Assembly: GCA_050575255.1 (NCBI GenBank)
Contig: JBNZDD010013634.1
Location: 3,259,538 to 3,323,537 of the forward strand
DNA: 64,000 nt
Reading direction: 5' to 3'
Origin: Harriotta raleighana
Lineage: Eukaryota
Each line of letters begins with the position of its first letter. Within the stretch, counting starts at the first letter, position 1. This document shows positions 12,342 to 25,243 of the stretch, piece after piece. The translations under genes were made by a program, and so were the position numbers. The notes beneath the pieces are model-generated. The model was given only the letters and a program-made list of their open reading frames with translations. It had not been told where the DNA came from and made no database searches.

Positions 12342-14646
12342 TAGAATCTTTTGCAGTCAAAAACAGGCCACAGGTGCCCTGACTGCACTTCAAACCACAG
12401 CTGCTGTGATCCTGAGCTTTATTTCAGTGCATTACGAGAAATAGCATTCACTAACTGCAGCCGATTCTTTCCTATCATCCATGCGTGCAATCCTCCCCAT
12501 CCCATATGCACTGCTCAGGGAAGCATTACTGGAGACCTGCGAGCATGTTACCTGCTCTCCCACCGTAAGAAAACTGAATGTTGGCCAATGACCATTTTCT
12601 CCTGCATCTGGTATACTAAACCTCCAGTGCCTTGGGACGTAAAAGGCGCTTCACATATGTAATTTTGTTGTATAGCGTATCAAACGTTTAATATGAGTTA
12701 TACAAAATATGAGTTATGTGAAACTTGCCAAAGTTATAGGAAATTCAACAGGATGGATAGATTTATAAGCATATCAGTCTGATACAACTTTTACTATATC
12801 CAGGTTTCCACCCGTGTCATTTCAGACATGTGTGCAAAGACTGAATAAAAGGTCCCCTCTTATCTTTAAAAATAAACTAACAATGCCGATTAATGTTAGT
12901 CTGTGTCATCCCAATTCACAGCGTGCAGGTAATCATAATGCTTGATTCTGTCCTGCATCTGACAGGAGTGGGGTGACAGGAGTAAAGTACTGAATACTAT
13001 ATTGTGTCAAAGGGGCTTGTAATTCACCGTTGAAGAAATTTGCTTCCTGTCTGGGAAGAAAGTCTTTTCTGTCTCTCACAATGAGCTGAGCAGCAAACCT
13101 TGTCAAACTGATTGCACACGACCTCTGCACAGAGACAATCTATGGAGTAGGTTCCCAAAAGAACTAGTGAGAGATCCTCCAATATCCGAAAGGCCAAGGT
13201 GTTAGATGTAGTTGGAATAAATTTTGACCTGAATGGATTGGATTTTAGTCATTGGCATAAACTATGGGCAGGGTTCACCTGCGTGTTCCTCAACTCTCAC
13301 TGTATTCATTCAATAGCACCGAGGAAATCTTCAGTAAGGTCTGAAGCGGCTTTCAAAGCCAATGAGCTCTTTTATCAATGTGCTTCCTTTGCCTTGCTGA
13401 GAAAGGTACCCAGTCTTTCACCCAGAGTTGTTTATTCAATATGTCCAACCTTTTCTGCCTCAAATTAAATACTGAATCTGATACAACGAGCCGNTAGAAT
13501 CTTTTGCAGTCAAAAACAGGCCACAGGTGCCCTGACTGCACTTCAAACCACAGCTGCTGTGATCCTGAGCTTTATTTCAGTGCATTACGAGAAATAGCAT
13601 TCACTAACTGCAGCCGATTCTTTCCTATCATCCATGCGTGCAATCCTCCCCATCCCATATGCACTGCTCAGGGAAGCATTACTGGAGACCTGCGAGCATG
13701 TTACCTGCTCTCCCACCGTAAGAAAACTGAATGTTGGCCAATGACCATTTTCTCCTGCATCTGGTATACTAAACCTCCAGTGCCTTGGGACGTAAAAGGC
13801 GCTTCACATATGTAATTTTGTTGTATAGCGTATCAAACGTTTAATATGAGTTATACAAAATATGAGTTATGTGAAACTTGCCAAAGTTATAGGAAATTCA
13901 ACAGGATGGATAGATTTATAAGCATATCAGTCTGATACAACTTTTACTATATCCAGGTTTCCACCCGTGTCATTTCAGACATGTGTGCAAAGACTGAATA
14001 AAAGGTCCCCTCTTATCTTTAAAAATAAACTAACAATGCCGATTAATGTTAGTCTGTGTCATCCCAATTCACAGCGTGCAGGTAATCATAATGCTTGATT
14101 CTGTCCTGCATCTGACAGGAGTGGGGTGACAGGAGTAAAGTACTGAATACTATATTGTGTCAAAGGGGCTTGTAATTCACCGTTGAAGAAATTTGCTTCC
14201 TGTCTGGGAAGAAAGTCTTTTCTGTCTCTCACAATGAGCTGAGCAGCAAACCTTGTCAAACTGATTGCACACGACCTCTGCACAGAGACAATCTATGGAG
14301 TAGGTTCCCAAAAGAACTAGTGAGAGATCCTCCAATATCCGAAAGGCCAAGGTGTTAGATGTAGTTGGAATAAATTTTGACCTGAATGGATTGGATTTTA
14401 GTCATTGGCATAAACTATGGGCAGGGTTCACCTGCGTGTTCCTCAACTCTCACTGTATTCATTCAATAGCACCGAGGAAATCTTCAGTAAGGTCTGAAGC
14501 GGCTTTCAAAGCCAATGAGCTCTTTTATCAATGTGCTTCCTTTGCCTTGCTGAGAAAGGTACCCAGTCTTTCACCCAGAGTTGTTTATTCAATATGTCCA
14601 ACCTTTTCTGCCTCAAATTAAATACTGAATCTGATACAACGAGCCG
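12342..14646. repeat. 1152-bp direct duplication (12342-13493 and 13495-14646) across a single N; likely assembly artefact
   Basis: Offset 1153, identical duplicated ORFs in the track, N at 13494 exactly at the junction. Confidence 0.9.
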
Positions 14647-15432
14647 AGTCAGTTTGTTCTGCAAGGTTCTGCAGTGTGTGGTATTCTGTCTCCTTTCTAG
14701 AAAAAAGATTTGATTGAGTTATCATTCAGTCTGACTTTCCTAGGGCGGGGGTGAGTGGGGGGAGAAAAACTTGACAGGTACTTTATAATAAAAAGTCTTG
14801 TACTGTTGATTGCTGACCTGCTTTGAGCTGGTCGGATGTTTTGCAGCTTGGTCTTTGATAATGAGACACCCCGTTGGCTACAGATCAATCTGTTCCTTTG
14901 TATTTATGCCTTTGGTAAGGCAGGTGCTTTTGTTAAGGCAGGTGCTGATGTAAGGAAGCAATGGAGGAAATAATAGGATCATACACTATTTGGTGCAAAT
15001 CTTTCTCAGGAAAAGTTTTTTTTTTTTCTGGGTGCATTTGTGCAACCTGGACCTTGAGCGCCAGAAGCGGGCAATTGAACCAGGGGTAGGGAGGGCGAAG
15101 TTACCAGCTTCAACTGGGAGCGAATACGTGTGCTGCAAGCAAAATATTCCCTTTATCAGATGGTTCATGTTGAGCACGACCCATTGGGAGCAAACGCCAC
15201 ACACCTGTCAGTGTCCTTTTTATAGTCGAGCCTTTACAATTTAACTGGAGGCTTGCCACCGGGACAGAAAGGTCTGAGAATGACCATGGTCAATGTGGCT
15301 ATGCTTAGGCAACGTACAACATCTCTCACACACCGTGAGTATACAAGACGTTGAATGACGCAGGACCCTCAAGGTGTGAGAGATGTTATACAGTGCCGTA
15401 CTGACGCTGGGGTGGGTAACTGTGAGGTATTG

Positions 15433-15560
15433 TGGAGTCTTATAGCTCAGTAGTTAGAGCACTCGCCTTACAAACATTAGACCTGTGTTTCAAATCCAGG
15501 TAGTTCTGGGTGTAACCTTGGGCAAGTTCCTTTACTCCACATGCCTAATAATAATCCATC
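15433..15560 (+). mobile_element. Family A SINE 5' (tRNA-like head) fragment
   Basis: ggagtcttatagctcagtagttagagcactcgccttacaa...ccttgggcaagttcctttactccac. Confidence 0.8.
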
Positions 15561-16810
15561 CAAAAATACCTTTAGGTATCAGTGTTATTTATTGTGCTTG
15601 TGATTAAGTGAATTGAGCGCTGGTGAGTTGAGAGCGGTGTTAACTGAGAATAGAACCGAAGTATGGGTTGTACAGACAGGATTTTGTGTGATTTTGTTTC
15701 AGTGAATTAACAATCAGCTTTTTAAGGTGAACAGTGAATGCATAGAGGCACAAAGGAACACCTTTTGAAAAAAACCTGTTTATTTCTTTTCTGAAACCCA
15801 TACCTCTTACAACATTTACATGGAATTCTTTATCACTGTTCAACATGCTGTGAGTCTGAGGGAATTGGATAATATAGTATGAATGCATTTGAGGTATTAG
15901 AGTAGCTTTAATATTTAATATATCAATAAAATAAGTGAAACACATATATCATGAAAACATTGCTTCTGCTGCTTGACCAGCTAATGCAGCCCCCATCCTC
16001 TGGTTCTATTACCCATACTTGCATCCTTCATTCCAGCTTTAAATGCTTCCTTAAACTAATCCCCACCTCCTCCCTTTGAAACTTTCCAGGGCTCGTAATT
16101 TCTCCAAAGCTTCTCTTGTTTAGTTCTTCAGTAAAAGTGGGGCTGGAAAGTGAAGTACAAAACTGTAATATTGTTTTGCTATTACCTTGTAGAATTGAGC
16201 TGTGAGCCCATTTTGCCCGGCGGAATTATCTATCTGATGGTAGTTCATCATTCAGTCTTTCAAGTTCTTAACTATTAGAGGAGACATCCTTGGCGTTTCT
16301 TCATTCTGCACTGAGGGTGGCAAGTTGAAAACTACTAAAGAAAGAAAATGGTTTCATAGCCTTCAGCTTAGTGCTGTACTGAGACTTGTATTTTAGTAGA
16401 ATTTGTTAAATGTGATAAATTAGCCTTTAGGTCAATTGAGACTGTGCCGTCTGTCTAATCTTTGGCTTGGAATATTGAAAACTGCCTTAGCTATTCATAG
16501 TGGATGAACGACCAAACGTGTCACTTTCTCCATATGTTTAACATGATTCCGTCTCTCAAAAAACGGAGAATTCCCTCTTTGTTTTCATTTACCGAAGCAC
16601 TGGGTTGCATTTACATCTTCAGCAATTTAAAGCTTATCTTCTGGAATTTGTGTCCTTTGTGCCATTTCAACCTTTTCCACAGATTTTCCTCATCCGAGAG
16701 AAAACAAACCATGAAATCCATATACTTTAGAACTCAGCAGTCCTTACCCACAGCAATATCATTGGATTTTTCAGTGAACTGTAGTGCCGTGCACTGAAAA
16801 TATCCAACAG

Positions 16811-17070
16811 TAATAATAATAATAATAACCCTGCATTTGATATAGAGCTTTTCATGTCAATTAGACGTCTCAAAGCTCTTCACAGAATATATTGTAAAGT
16901 GAATTGACTGTACAGTTGTGGGCAAAACATGGTAAATAGTTGTAGATTGAAATGACTCATTTGTTTTTGAGGGATTATTGTTCGGCGTGTGGAGTAAGGA
17001 AACTTATCTAAGATTGCACCCTGTCTGGGATCAAACCCAGATCTCTCGCATGTAAGGCGAGTGCTCTCAC
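16811..17070 (-). mobile_element. Family A SINE
   Basis: (AAT)n tail, ttcacagaatatattgtaaagtgaattgactg, gtggagtaaggaaactt, partial head. Confidence 0.85.
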
Positions 17071-17114
17071 CCCTTAATATTATTATTATTATTAACTTGG
17101 GGGCCAGACAGAGG

Positions 17115-17245
17115 GAATGCGGGATGGAATTCCAAAGGTTGGGTGCGGAGTGCCTGAAGGCTCGCCCGCCGATGGTAGGTGCACCTGGAGCAGGCCAGAG
17201 CTCGCTGAGTGGAGAGTGCGGACAGGTTACAGGACTCCAAATATC
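17115..17245 (-). mobile_element. L2 LINE ORF2 C-terminal fragment
   Basis: Minus strand translates to TIGGRAFRHSAPNLWNSIP, matching the L2 motif GRAF...AP.LWNSLP. Confidence 0.7.
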
Positions 17246-18386
17246 TGTGAAATAATTTTGGTTGATTAGATGTACTGTACATATTTGGGGTCAGAATTTT
17301 CCCTCAAGAGATTAAATGGATTGAGTAATGTCCACGTCAGGGAATATCAGACACAATGTGTGGCAGGAGCACACTTGGCAATCCAATTGGCCTTTTTCAG
17401 GGTTTCATTCTGTCTTGCTGAAACTTAAAATGACTCTGGTGAAGTACAGTAGTAGGGAACGGGAATTCTGGAAGAATGAGATCAAGTGAAATCCAAAGGG
17501 TGAATTTAATTTGACATTAGAGTATTTGACAGAGATACAGGTTGAAATAAAGCCCGTACACAAGCAGCCAGTACAGGGACTTTGTTTCACCTTCTGGATC
17601 TCGGGCAGAATCTGTGTTTTTCCGATGGTTTCTGGGGCTTTCTCTCTCTCCCTCTCTCCCACCATTTCTCTGCTGACCTGTTTTATTTTTGGAATTAGGA
17701 TTTAGACTTTGCAAATCTCAAATTAATCACAATCCTGATCCCTCTTAGGGTAGTTGCATTGAGATCTCTCAGTCCTCGGTATAGTACTTCAGCCAAAACA
17801 TAATCAGGCATCTGGCCAGATTCATTGACCTTTGACAGATAGATTCCATGCCCATCTAGCAGCTTGCAAGATTCATCTGCTCATCCCTGTAATCAGAGAT
17901 ATCTGGTAAGAACATTGGGTTTGTCCTATCTGTCGAGACGGTGGATTTAATGTAGTGCACCCTGTCAATTTCTTGACCTAGGAAAAATCGGTATGATTTG
18001 TTATATAAGAAAAATGTAATCTCATTTTTCACTTCACATCCCCGTTTGAAACTATCAAAACACAAATTGTTCCAGTGTGACCTACTCTCCCACATTCAAT
18101 TTTTTAAAAAATTCTAAACTTTGTCTAAACCACAGCCCCTTTCAGAGGATTAAATGTGTTTTCAGTCATTTGGATCTTTTGCTAAAATCCTAGCATGTTT
18201 GCAATTACTAACAGATTTTATTGACAGCTTTTGTGTCCTGATTGTTAAATATTTACATTGATTTACTGGAAGGATGCCGTCCTTCATCAAGCAAGAATTT
18301 CTGAATGGATCTGAGAGCTGAACTTTTTATCTCCCTTTAATTGTTGCATTTTGTTTTTCTTTTCGCTGAAGAATTGAAATTTGATC

Positions 18387-18688
18387 ATAAATAATAATAA
18401 CAATAATAATCCTTGTATTTGATATAGCGCATTTCATGTATTTTAGACGTCTGAAAGTGCTTCACAGAATATACTGCATAGTGAATTGACTGTATATTTG
18501 TGGGCAAATTTGCGCACAGCAAATTGTCCCACAAACAGTCATGAATTGAGTGACCAAATTTTTTTTTGGAGGAATTATTGTTAGGCATGTGGAGGAAGGA
18601 ATCTTGCTCAAGGTTTCGCCCTCCAGGAATTGAACCCAGGTCTCTCAATTGTAAGGCGAGTGCTCTATCCACTGAGCTACAGGATTCC
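18387..18688 (-). mobile_element. Family A SINE, full length
   Basis: Head ggaatcctgtagctcagtggatagagcactcgccttacaa (reverse strand), Deu core and tail. Confidence 0.9.
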
Positions 18689-18889
18689 ACAAATAGATTT
18701 GAATATGTGTTTGTATTCATTGTCAAGTTCTTATGAACTTTTTTTTCTCTTTGCTGCTAATTATGGCAAAAATTACCTGATAATAATCTTTGTATTTAAT
18801 ATGGGGCTAGATCATATCATTGAGATGTCTCAAAGCGATTCACACAACTCAGTGATTCAGATTTATGTAGGGCAATTTTAGACATATGT

Positions 18890-19000
18890 TAGGAAGTATT
18901 TATTTACCCAGACAGTAATTAATACCTGGAACTAGTTACCATGAGAGTTGTAGAGACTAGATGCACTCGATAACTTTAAGAAACAACTTGATGTTCTCCT
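18890..19000 (+). mobile_element. Old CR1 ORF2 C-terminal remnant
   Basis: Translates to YLFTQTVINTWN, compared with IFFTQRVLRIWN in the CR1 copy at 23815-24000. Confidence 0.55.
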
Positions 19001-19008
19001 TGACAGGT

Positions 19009-19040
19009 TGTGTGTGTGTGTGTATGTGTGTGTGTGTGTG
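19009..19040. repeat. (TG)n microsatellite
   Basis: Read directly. Confidence 0.9.
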
Positions 19041-20997
19041 TTGTGGGTGGAGGGATTTATCTACTGGAAAAATTTGATTAAATCAGTCGCAGAGCCTTCT
19101 TCATCTGAACCTCTCATGATTTTTCTGGGGCTCCACATTATTACAATTTCTATGCTTTTATGAGCATCTCGAGTCTTCTGCTTTCCGCTCACATGGCAAC
19201 ACGGGTCTCTTTTGTACGTCAGGGAATGCTTACGTCTCCCACTGGAAGTGTATCACTTTGTTTGGAATGTTTGCCTTGACTGCGAAAGACAAATATTCTC
19301 AGAGGGACTGTATTAACAGCACATTGCAAGTTCAGCTAAAAAGAAGGAGGAGGGGTGATGGGGTTGTGGGGATAGAAGAATAAGTTAGATTGCAGTTTTA
19401 ACATGAAACGACTGGGTCATGGCCCTGGCACATTTATGTGATTTCCCTTCAGTTGATGACACCGCAGCTGTTTGGAGCTCGTGTGAAATACAAATTTCAC
19501 GGAGAATCGTTAGCATTAAATTGATGGATTTACTTTGTATGTACCAGAAGCCGCTATGACTAATAATTGTGCAAAACGTACCGTTGCATTCAAGCATGGA
19601 TTATAAAGGGGCTCGGAAGCACTCCACGTTGATTCATTAGGATGAGAGACCCATGAAAGATGGAAATTCCTGTATATCTGAAAATAAGACTAATCAGCTC
19701 CTGTTTATAATTGCTAAACCGTACAAGCACGGAACAAAATGCCGTTACATCACCCTATTAAAAGGAAGCACCAGGAGAATGCAATGAAAAAAACAATTGT
19801 GTTTTGATACGCCGTGGAAAACTCCTGTTGTACCTAATGAAACTATGTTTGTGAAAAATCTGGAAAGTCTTCGTATTCAAGGCTGTCATCTCACATTAGT
19901 TCAATGTATTGCACATCTAAAGAGGAATTTGAATTCCTCTATGGTAAAACAGAAGAAGACACAGGCATCCCTTATGCTGTGTAATCTGAAGAGATGCAGC
20001 ATTTCACTTCATAAAGAGGGTTTTTGATTAGTTGAAGAAGAAAGAAAGAATGTAATCTACATGTTTTTGTGAACCATTCTGATGTTAGTTTATTGATCTG
20101 TACTCAAAATATATCTTGCTGTTCCCCACATAATAATCTGGCAAACCCAGCATGAGGTGGCATCAGTGCGCTGTGGAATTCACAATGACTTGCCTGTTGA
20201 CTTTCGATGTGTGATTGTGAATGACAAATTTAAATCATCCTTGTTCTCCGAAAGAATGGTGAACATTAATGAAAAATATATTTGTTGATGCAAAAGGCAA
20301 AAAAAAAACCCTGGTACTCAACACAAATCTGTTTTCTATAGTCTCAAGGATCATATCTGGTTTTTACTTCTAGTGCAAAGTCCATTTCTGTTGTGTTTTT
20401 GCAAAGCGTTGGGCAGTGAATCAGTGAAATTTAGGTACAGAGCACATGAGAATTCAGAATGTCCAGTTTACTCTGAAGCCCAGCTTGTGAGTCACAATAT
20501 CGAGCACCAGCGGCTGAAATTGGCCAAATTGGCCCATCTCATCTCATCCAGAATACTCATCCTCCCATCTTCCCATCACAGCATCAAGCTATTTCTTAAA
20601 CATCTTAGCCTCAACCATCCTTGTTGGCAACTTGTTTCAGTCATTAATTACCCGCTGGGTACCTCTATGCTTCCTGACATTAACATTAGCAACTCTAAAC
20701 CTCTGCTTTCTTGTTGTACTCTGGTATTCACACCTGTGTGGTATAAATGGGTTGCTGATGCTTTAGAAACATTTAAAACAAATGCACATTTTTGGCATTG
20801 CGCCCAACAAAGAAATGTGGAACCAGCAGGATAAACCTAGCTTCCCTGACAATACCTTATGCGGTTCGTGCTTAGCTCTGCAGACTATGAAACAGTAGAA
20901 AATCTTGAGCCATTGATCTCCTTTCCAGTGGACAAAGGAACCGTGGAAACATTTTTTTAAAAACAAGCAGATTTTCTAAAACAAAGCAGTGAAAACG

Positions 20998-21423
20998 TAA
21001 TAATAAGAATAATAATTCTTGCATTCAATATAGTGTATTAACATGTTGTTAAGACATCTCAAAATGCTTCACAGAATATGACAATGACAACAACAAAATT
21101 ACACTTGTATAGCGCTTTTCAGCCTGTAAAGTGAATTGATTGTATATGTTATGGCTGAAACAGCACAGCAAGTTCATTTGGTAGAAACAAATAGCAGCAT
21201 TGTCCCACAAACAGTCGTGGATTGAGTGCCTGCGTTTCTGGGGGGAAGGAATTATTTATTCCTGGAAAGCAATCAGCCAGTCGACGAACAACCTGGTTCC
21301 TGCTTACTGCTAGGTAAACAGATGTGTGTGGAGTAAGGAGAGTTGTTTTGCTCCCCCTGGGAATTGAACCCAGGTCCTTTTGCTTGTTAGGAAAGTTGCA
21401 CAAACCACTATGCTATGGGACGC
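20998..21423 (-). mobile_element. Family A SINE with internal insertions, including a roughly 45-bp (ACA)n-type SINE tail at about 21080-21123
   Basis: Tail, core and head motifs are present; the consensus cagaatata|ctgtaaagtgaattg is split by acaacaacaaaattacacttgtatagcgcttttc. Confidence 0.75.
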
Positions 21424-22321
21424 CAATGTTTAAGAAATTGCACTCCAGGTGTTGAGAGTTGCCAGCAGTGCCTGCCGCATTTATCCCATTGAAAGCGCGC
21501 ATCAACATCAAGTTGCTTTTATTGCTCTCAGCAACAAAAGGAATTTCTCATACCTAATGAGGGAGGGAGAAAACAAAAGTATGAATTTGCACCTGGAATT
21601 TGTACCTGGAGAGGACCAGAGAAACAGATTACTGTTTTTTGCCAGGAATGTGATCCTAGAAAACAAAGTTTTCAAAAATATCACAATGCTGCTATTTGTT
21701 TCTACCAAATGAACTCATTTGCCATAAACACTGGCTTCAAGTTAGCAGAGTTTTGCTGATAGTCACAGATAGATGTTCAGAGAGAGACAAATTTATGGTA
21801 AATTCTCCATCTTGATAGCAGTGACCTTGAGAGCAGACGTTTTTGTCTGTCTGGGTTGTTCATTACTGCAACCTTTTCTCATGTTACAGCTTTTAAAAGG
21901 GAATTGGATAGATGCTTGAAGAGGCGGTATATTACGAGAGGCGTACAGGAGAATGGGAGGAAACTGGGCAATTCATGTTGAGAAATTATACCAGTGAAGG
22001 CTTGACAGTCCAAATGCAGACTTGTTCACTTTGTTACTTATGTCATCAGTTTACCAGGTAAGGTTGGCTGCCCCTTCAAATGAAGCGTTGCTCAGAAAAC
22101 CTTGCCCCTCTTTGACCAAAAATGCTGCACTGGTGGAAATCCCTGTTAAAGAGTATCATTGAGTTGCATCTCACATCAATCTGATGAAAGTAATGTGTGA
22201 CTTTCATGTCTGCTTTTCCCAAGATTGTTTGCCAAGTGCAGCTTTCATCAAAGCAGTACACCTATAACTATGATTTACTCAGATGTGGAATTGGATGCCT
22301 CATAGTTTTGGGGACTTGATA

Positions 22322-22670
22322 GTGTCAGCTCAATTGGCAACCCATTGGCCTCTTGCATCAGAAGGTTGTGGGTTCAAGCCCTATATTATGAGTTTGAATT
22401 CACGTTGTCTAGGCTTGTGCTCCAATGCTGTGCTGGGGGTATGCTCCAGCGTTGGAGACGCGAGCCGGGCGAGATCTTGCGAACTGATGTCCTGTCAGGT
22501 AGACATTAAAGATCCCACCACACTATTTGAAAAGAGAAGAGAATTTCTTCTGTTGTGCCTAAAATGTTTGCCTACAAAATACGCAGTCACTAAACTTTCC
22601 ACTTCACTACACTTGAAATCCTTTGAGACATCCTCCCGATATGAAAAGTGCTGTATTAACTGCAAGGGTT
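22322..22670 (+). mobile_element. SacSINE1-like DeuSINE (family B)
   Basis: gtcagctcaattggcaac...cagaaggttgtgggttcaagccc head; aaagatcccaccacactatttgaaaagaga body; L2-like tail. Confidence 0.75.
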
Positions 22671-22762
22671 CTTAATGTAATTAATCGAATTACTGTACCA
22701 CCAGAAGGAGCTGGGGTGTTTGCTTGCACTGTGGCATTACCAACGTTCAACATCTGGAGGGA

Positions 22763-24114
22763 AGACTGGAGGGAAGTGTGCAGTGGCGTCCCCCAGCGAT
22801 CGGTTTTGGGACCACTGCTCTTTTTAATATATATTAATGATATGGACTTGAGTGTAGGGAGCACAGTTTCCAAGTTTGCAGATGATATTGAGTTAGGGAG
22901 AATAGTAAATAGTGAGGAGGATAATAACCATCTGCAAGAAGATATAGATAAAATGATAAAGTGGGCAGACACATGGCAGATGAAGTTTAATGTGTAGAAG
23001 TGTGGGGTTTGGGAGAAGAAATGAGGGGAGGCAATATAGGCTAGATACAGTAAAACCCTGTTTATCCGGCACGCTCGGTGGGGTCGACTAATTGACTGTG
23101 CCGGATAAACGGGGGACAAGTTGCTGAAAACGCAACATAAAAAATTGACTTATTTTAAAACATTCCATGTTAATAATAGACTACATAGTAACAGGATATT
23201 CTGTGGATACTTACCAATAAAGCATTCCAGCACAGTCGGGAAAAAAATCGGTAAAACCAGTAAAATCGTAAGTTCGTAAGTTTAATAAGTGTGCATGTGC
23301 ACGCATTGCACACATGCTCAAAGTGATTGCTGGAAAGGGGAATTGTCTTGGGAGGGGGTCGAGCATTCCGGGTCACAGATAAACAAGGTTTTACTGTAGT
23401 ACGGGATGTGAGGGAAGGAACAGAGAGACCTGGGGATTTGTGTTAGTGACTCTTTGAAGGTGGCAGGAAAGGTAGACAAAGCCGTTAAGAAGGCATATGG
23501 GATACTAGGCTTTATAAATAGGGGTATAGAGTACAAAAGCCAGGAAGTGCTGACTAACCTCTATAAAACTTTGGTTAGGCCTCAGCTGGAGTACTGTGTC
23601 CAATTCTGGTCACCACACTATAGAAAGGATGTTAAGACATTGGAAAGGGTACAAAGAAGGTTTACTAGAATGGTACCAGGATTCTAGGTTAGGTTAGGTT
23701 AGATAGGCTAGGTTTATTCTCTTTGGAACAGAGAAGGTTGAGAGGAGACCTAATAGAGGTTTATAAAATCATGAGGGGATTCGACAGGGTGAATAAAGAA
23801 AAACTGTTCCACTGGTGGTGACTCGTGGTCACAGATTTAAAATGGTTTCAAAACGAGGCAGAGGGGAGCTGAGGAGAATTTTTTTCACTCAGCGGGTTCT
23901 TCGAATCTGGAATGCATTGCCTAAAAAGTTGGTGGAGGCCGATTTGATAACAGCTTTAAAAAGAAAATTAGATCGTTATTTAGGCAGAACGGGTCTGTGA
24001 GGTTATGGGGAGAAAGCTGGGCAGTGGGATTGAGTTGCTCTTTTTAAAGAGCCGGCACAGGTTAGATGGGCCGAATGGCCTCCTTTTGTGCTGTAAAATT
24101 GTATGATTCTATGA
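22763..24114 (+). mobile_element. 5'-truncated CR1 LINE (ORF2 reverse transcriptase C-terminal half plus 3' UTR), disrupted
   Basis: SGVPQRSVLGPLLFLIYIND...KFADD; LYKTLVRPQLEYCVQFWSPHY; FFTQRVLRIWNALP; ends gatgggccgaatggcctcc...gattctatga; contains stops, frameshifts and a MITE insertion. Confidence 0.95.
23048..23396. mobile_element. Non-autonomous Tc1/mariner-superfamily (pogo/Tigger-like) MITE nested in the CR1
   Basis: TIRs cagtaaaaccctgtttatc / gataaacaaggttttactg with TA target duplication on both sides. Confidence 0.9.
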
Positions 24115-24364
24115 GCCTCTGCACAGTGTGGGACTGTTAATCTGATGACTCTCTGCACAGTTGGGCTACCACCGTTCATAAGTGATTGTTGGCTGAGTTA
24201 ATCAATCTTCCTGAACAAAACCAGATCAAATTCAATTTGCTACAAACAAATAATCTGACAATGGATAACAGTTGTCCTGATTCACACCAGGAAATTCCTG
24301 TCCCACATTTCATTAGTTTGCTGGATTGATTCCAAAACATTCATCCGAACGTTCATTCAAACAT

Positions 24365-24490
24365 GTATGTGTGTGTGTGTGTGTGTGGAGGGAGGTGCAT
24401 GCAAGTGTATGTGGTGGTGGGGGAGGGATGGGTTGCGTGCATGCACGCACGTGGGCGGGTGGGTGCAGGTGCATGCGTGTGTGCCTGTGT
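24365..24490. repeat. Imperfect (TG)n/(TGCA) low-complexity tract
   Basis: Read directly. Confidence 0.8.
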
Positions 24491-25144
24491 GCAAACGCAT
24501 TGACATCTTTTTGACTATTTAATATTAGGTACCTTAGGCCTGGACACTTGTCATGAGTGGGCTCAGTGGTTTGTATGTTCTTCTCAGTAAAGGACCTCAG
24601 GTTCCTCATTCATCCAGTTGCCATTGAAGCATATCCTTGTCAGGTAGTGAATCTGTGATGAAGTGAATTAGGTAGACCCTGATCTCCCGAGGTTTGAAGT
24701 TACGTACTCAGAGTAAGTACATGAAAACAAGGGAAGCCGAAGCAATGATCACTGAATCATAGAAAGCTCCAATCTCCAGAAAGATGCAGTTACAGCTATC
24801 TCCCAAAAGAAAGTTTTATTGTTCCACATCACATGACCAGAGCCAAAGCTAAAGAGGATTGAATAATAGCCCATCTCTCCTCAGCCACTTCTGACATCTC
24901 ACAGACAGTTTTTGAAAGAATGATACAATTTTGTGAAACGTCTTTGTGCAATTTTGTATCCTCTTGGACGGACTTGTTTCAGTCTCAAAGAATGGAGGTA
25001 ATGTCTATGTGATGAAGGCAGCTTAAACATAGCACCTGGAATATTTTTGAAGCAATTGCATTTTTTAATTTAAATTAATGGTGGCATTGAAGCAAAAAGA
25101 CCCTGAGGCATGATTTTTTCTTTTTCTCTTGTACAATTTTCTCC

Positions 25145-25243
25145 CCCACCACCACCCCACCCACACACACACACGAACACGCACACATGCACACACACAC
25201 ACAGATCAGACACACAGGCACACACACACACACACTCACACAC
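25145..25243. repeat. Imperfect (CA)n microsatellite
   Basis: Read directly. Confidence 0.85.

Noticed and set aside
22623-24000. Reverse transcriptase ORFs as a retron or novel RT system
   Set aside because: Ordinary 5'-truncated, frameshifted CR1 ORF2 with a typical CR1 3' tail.
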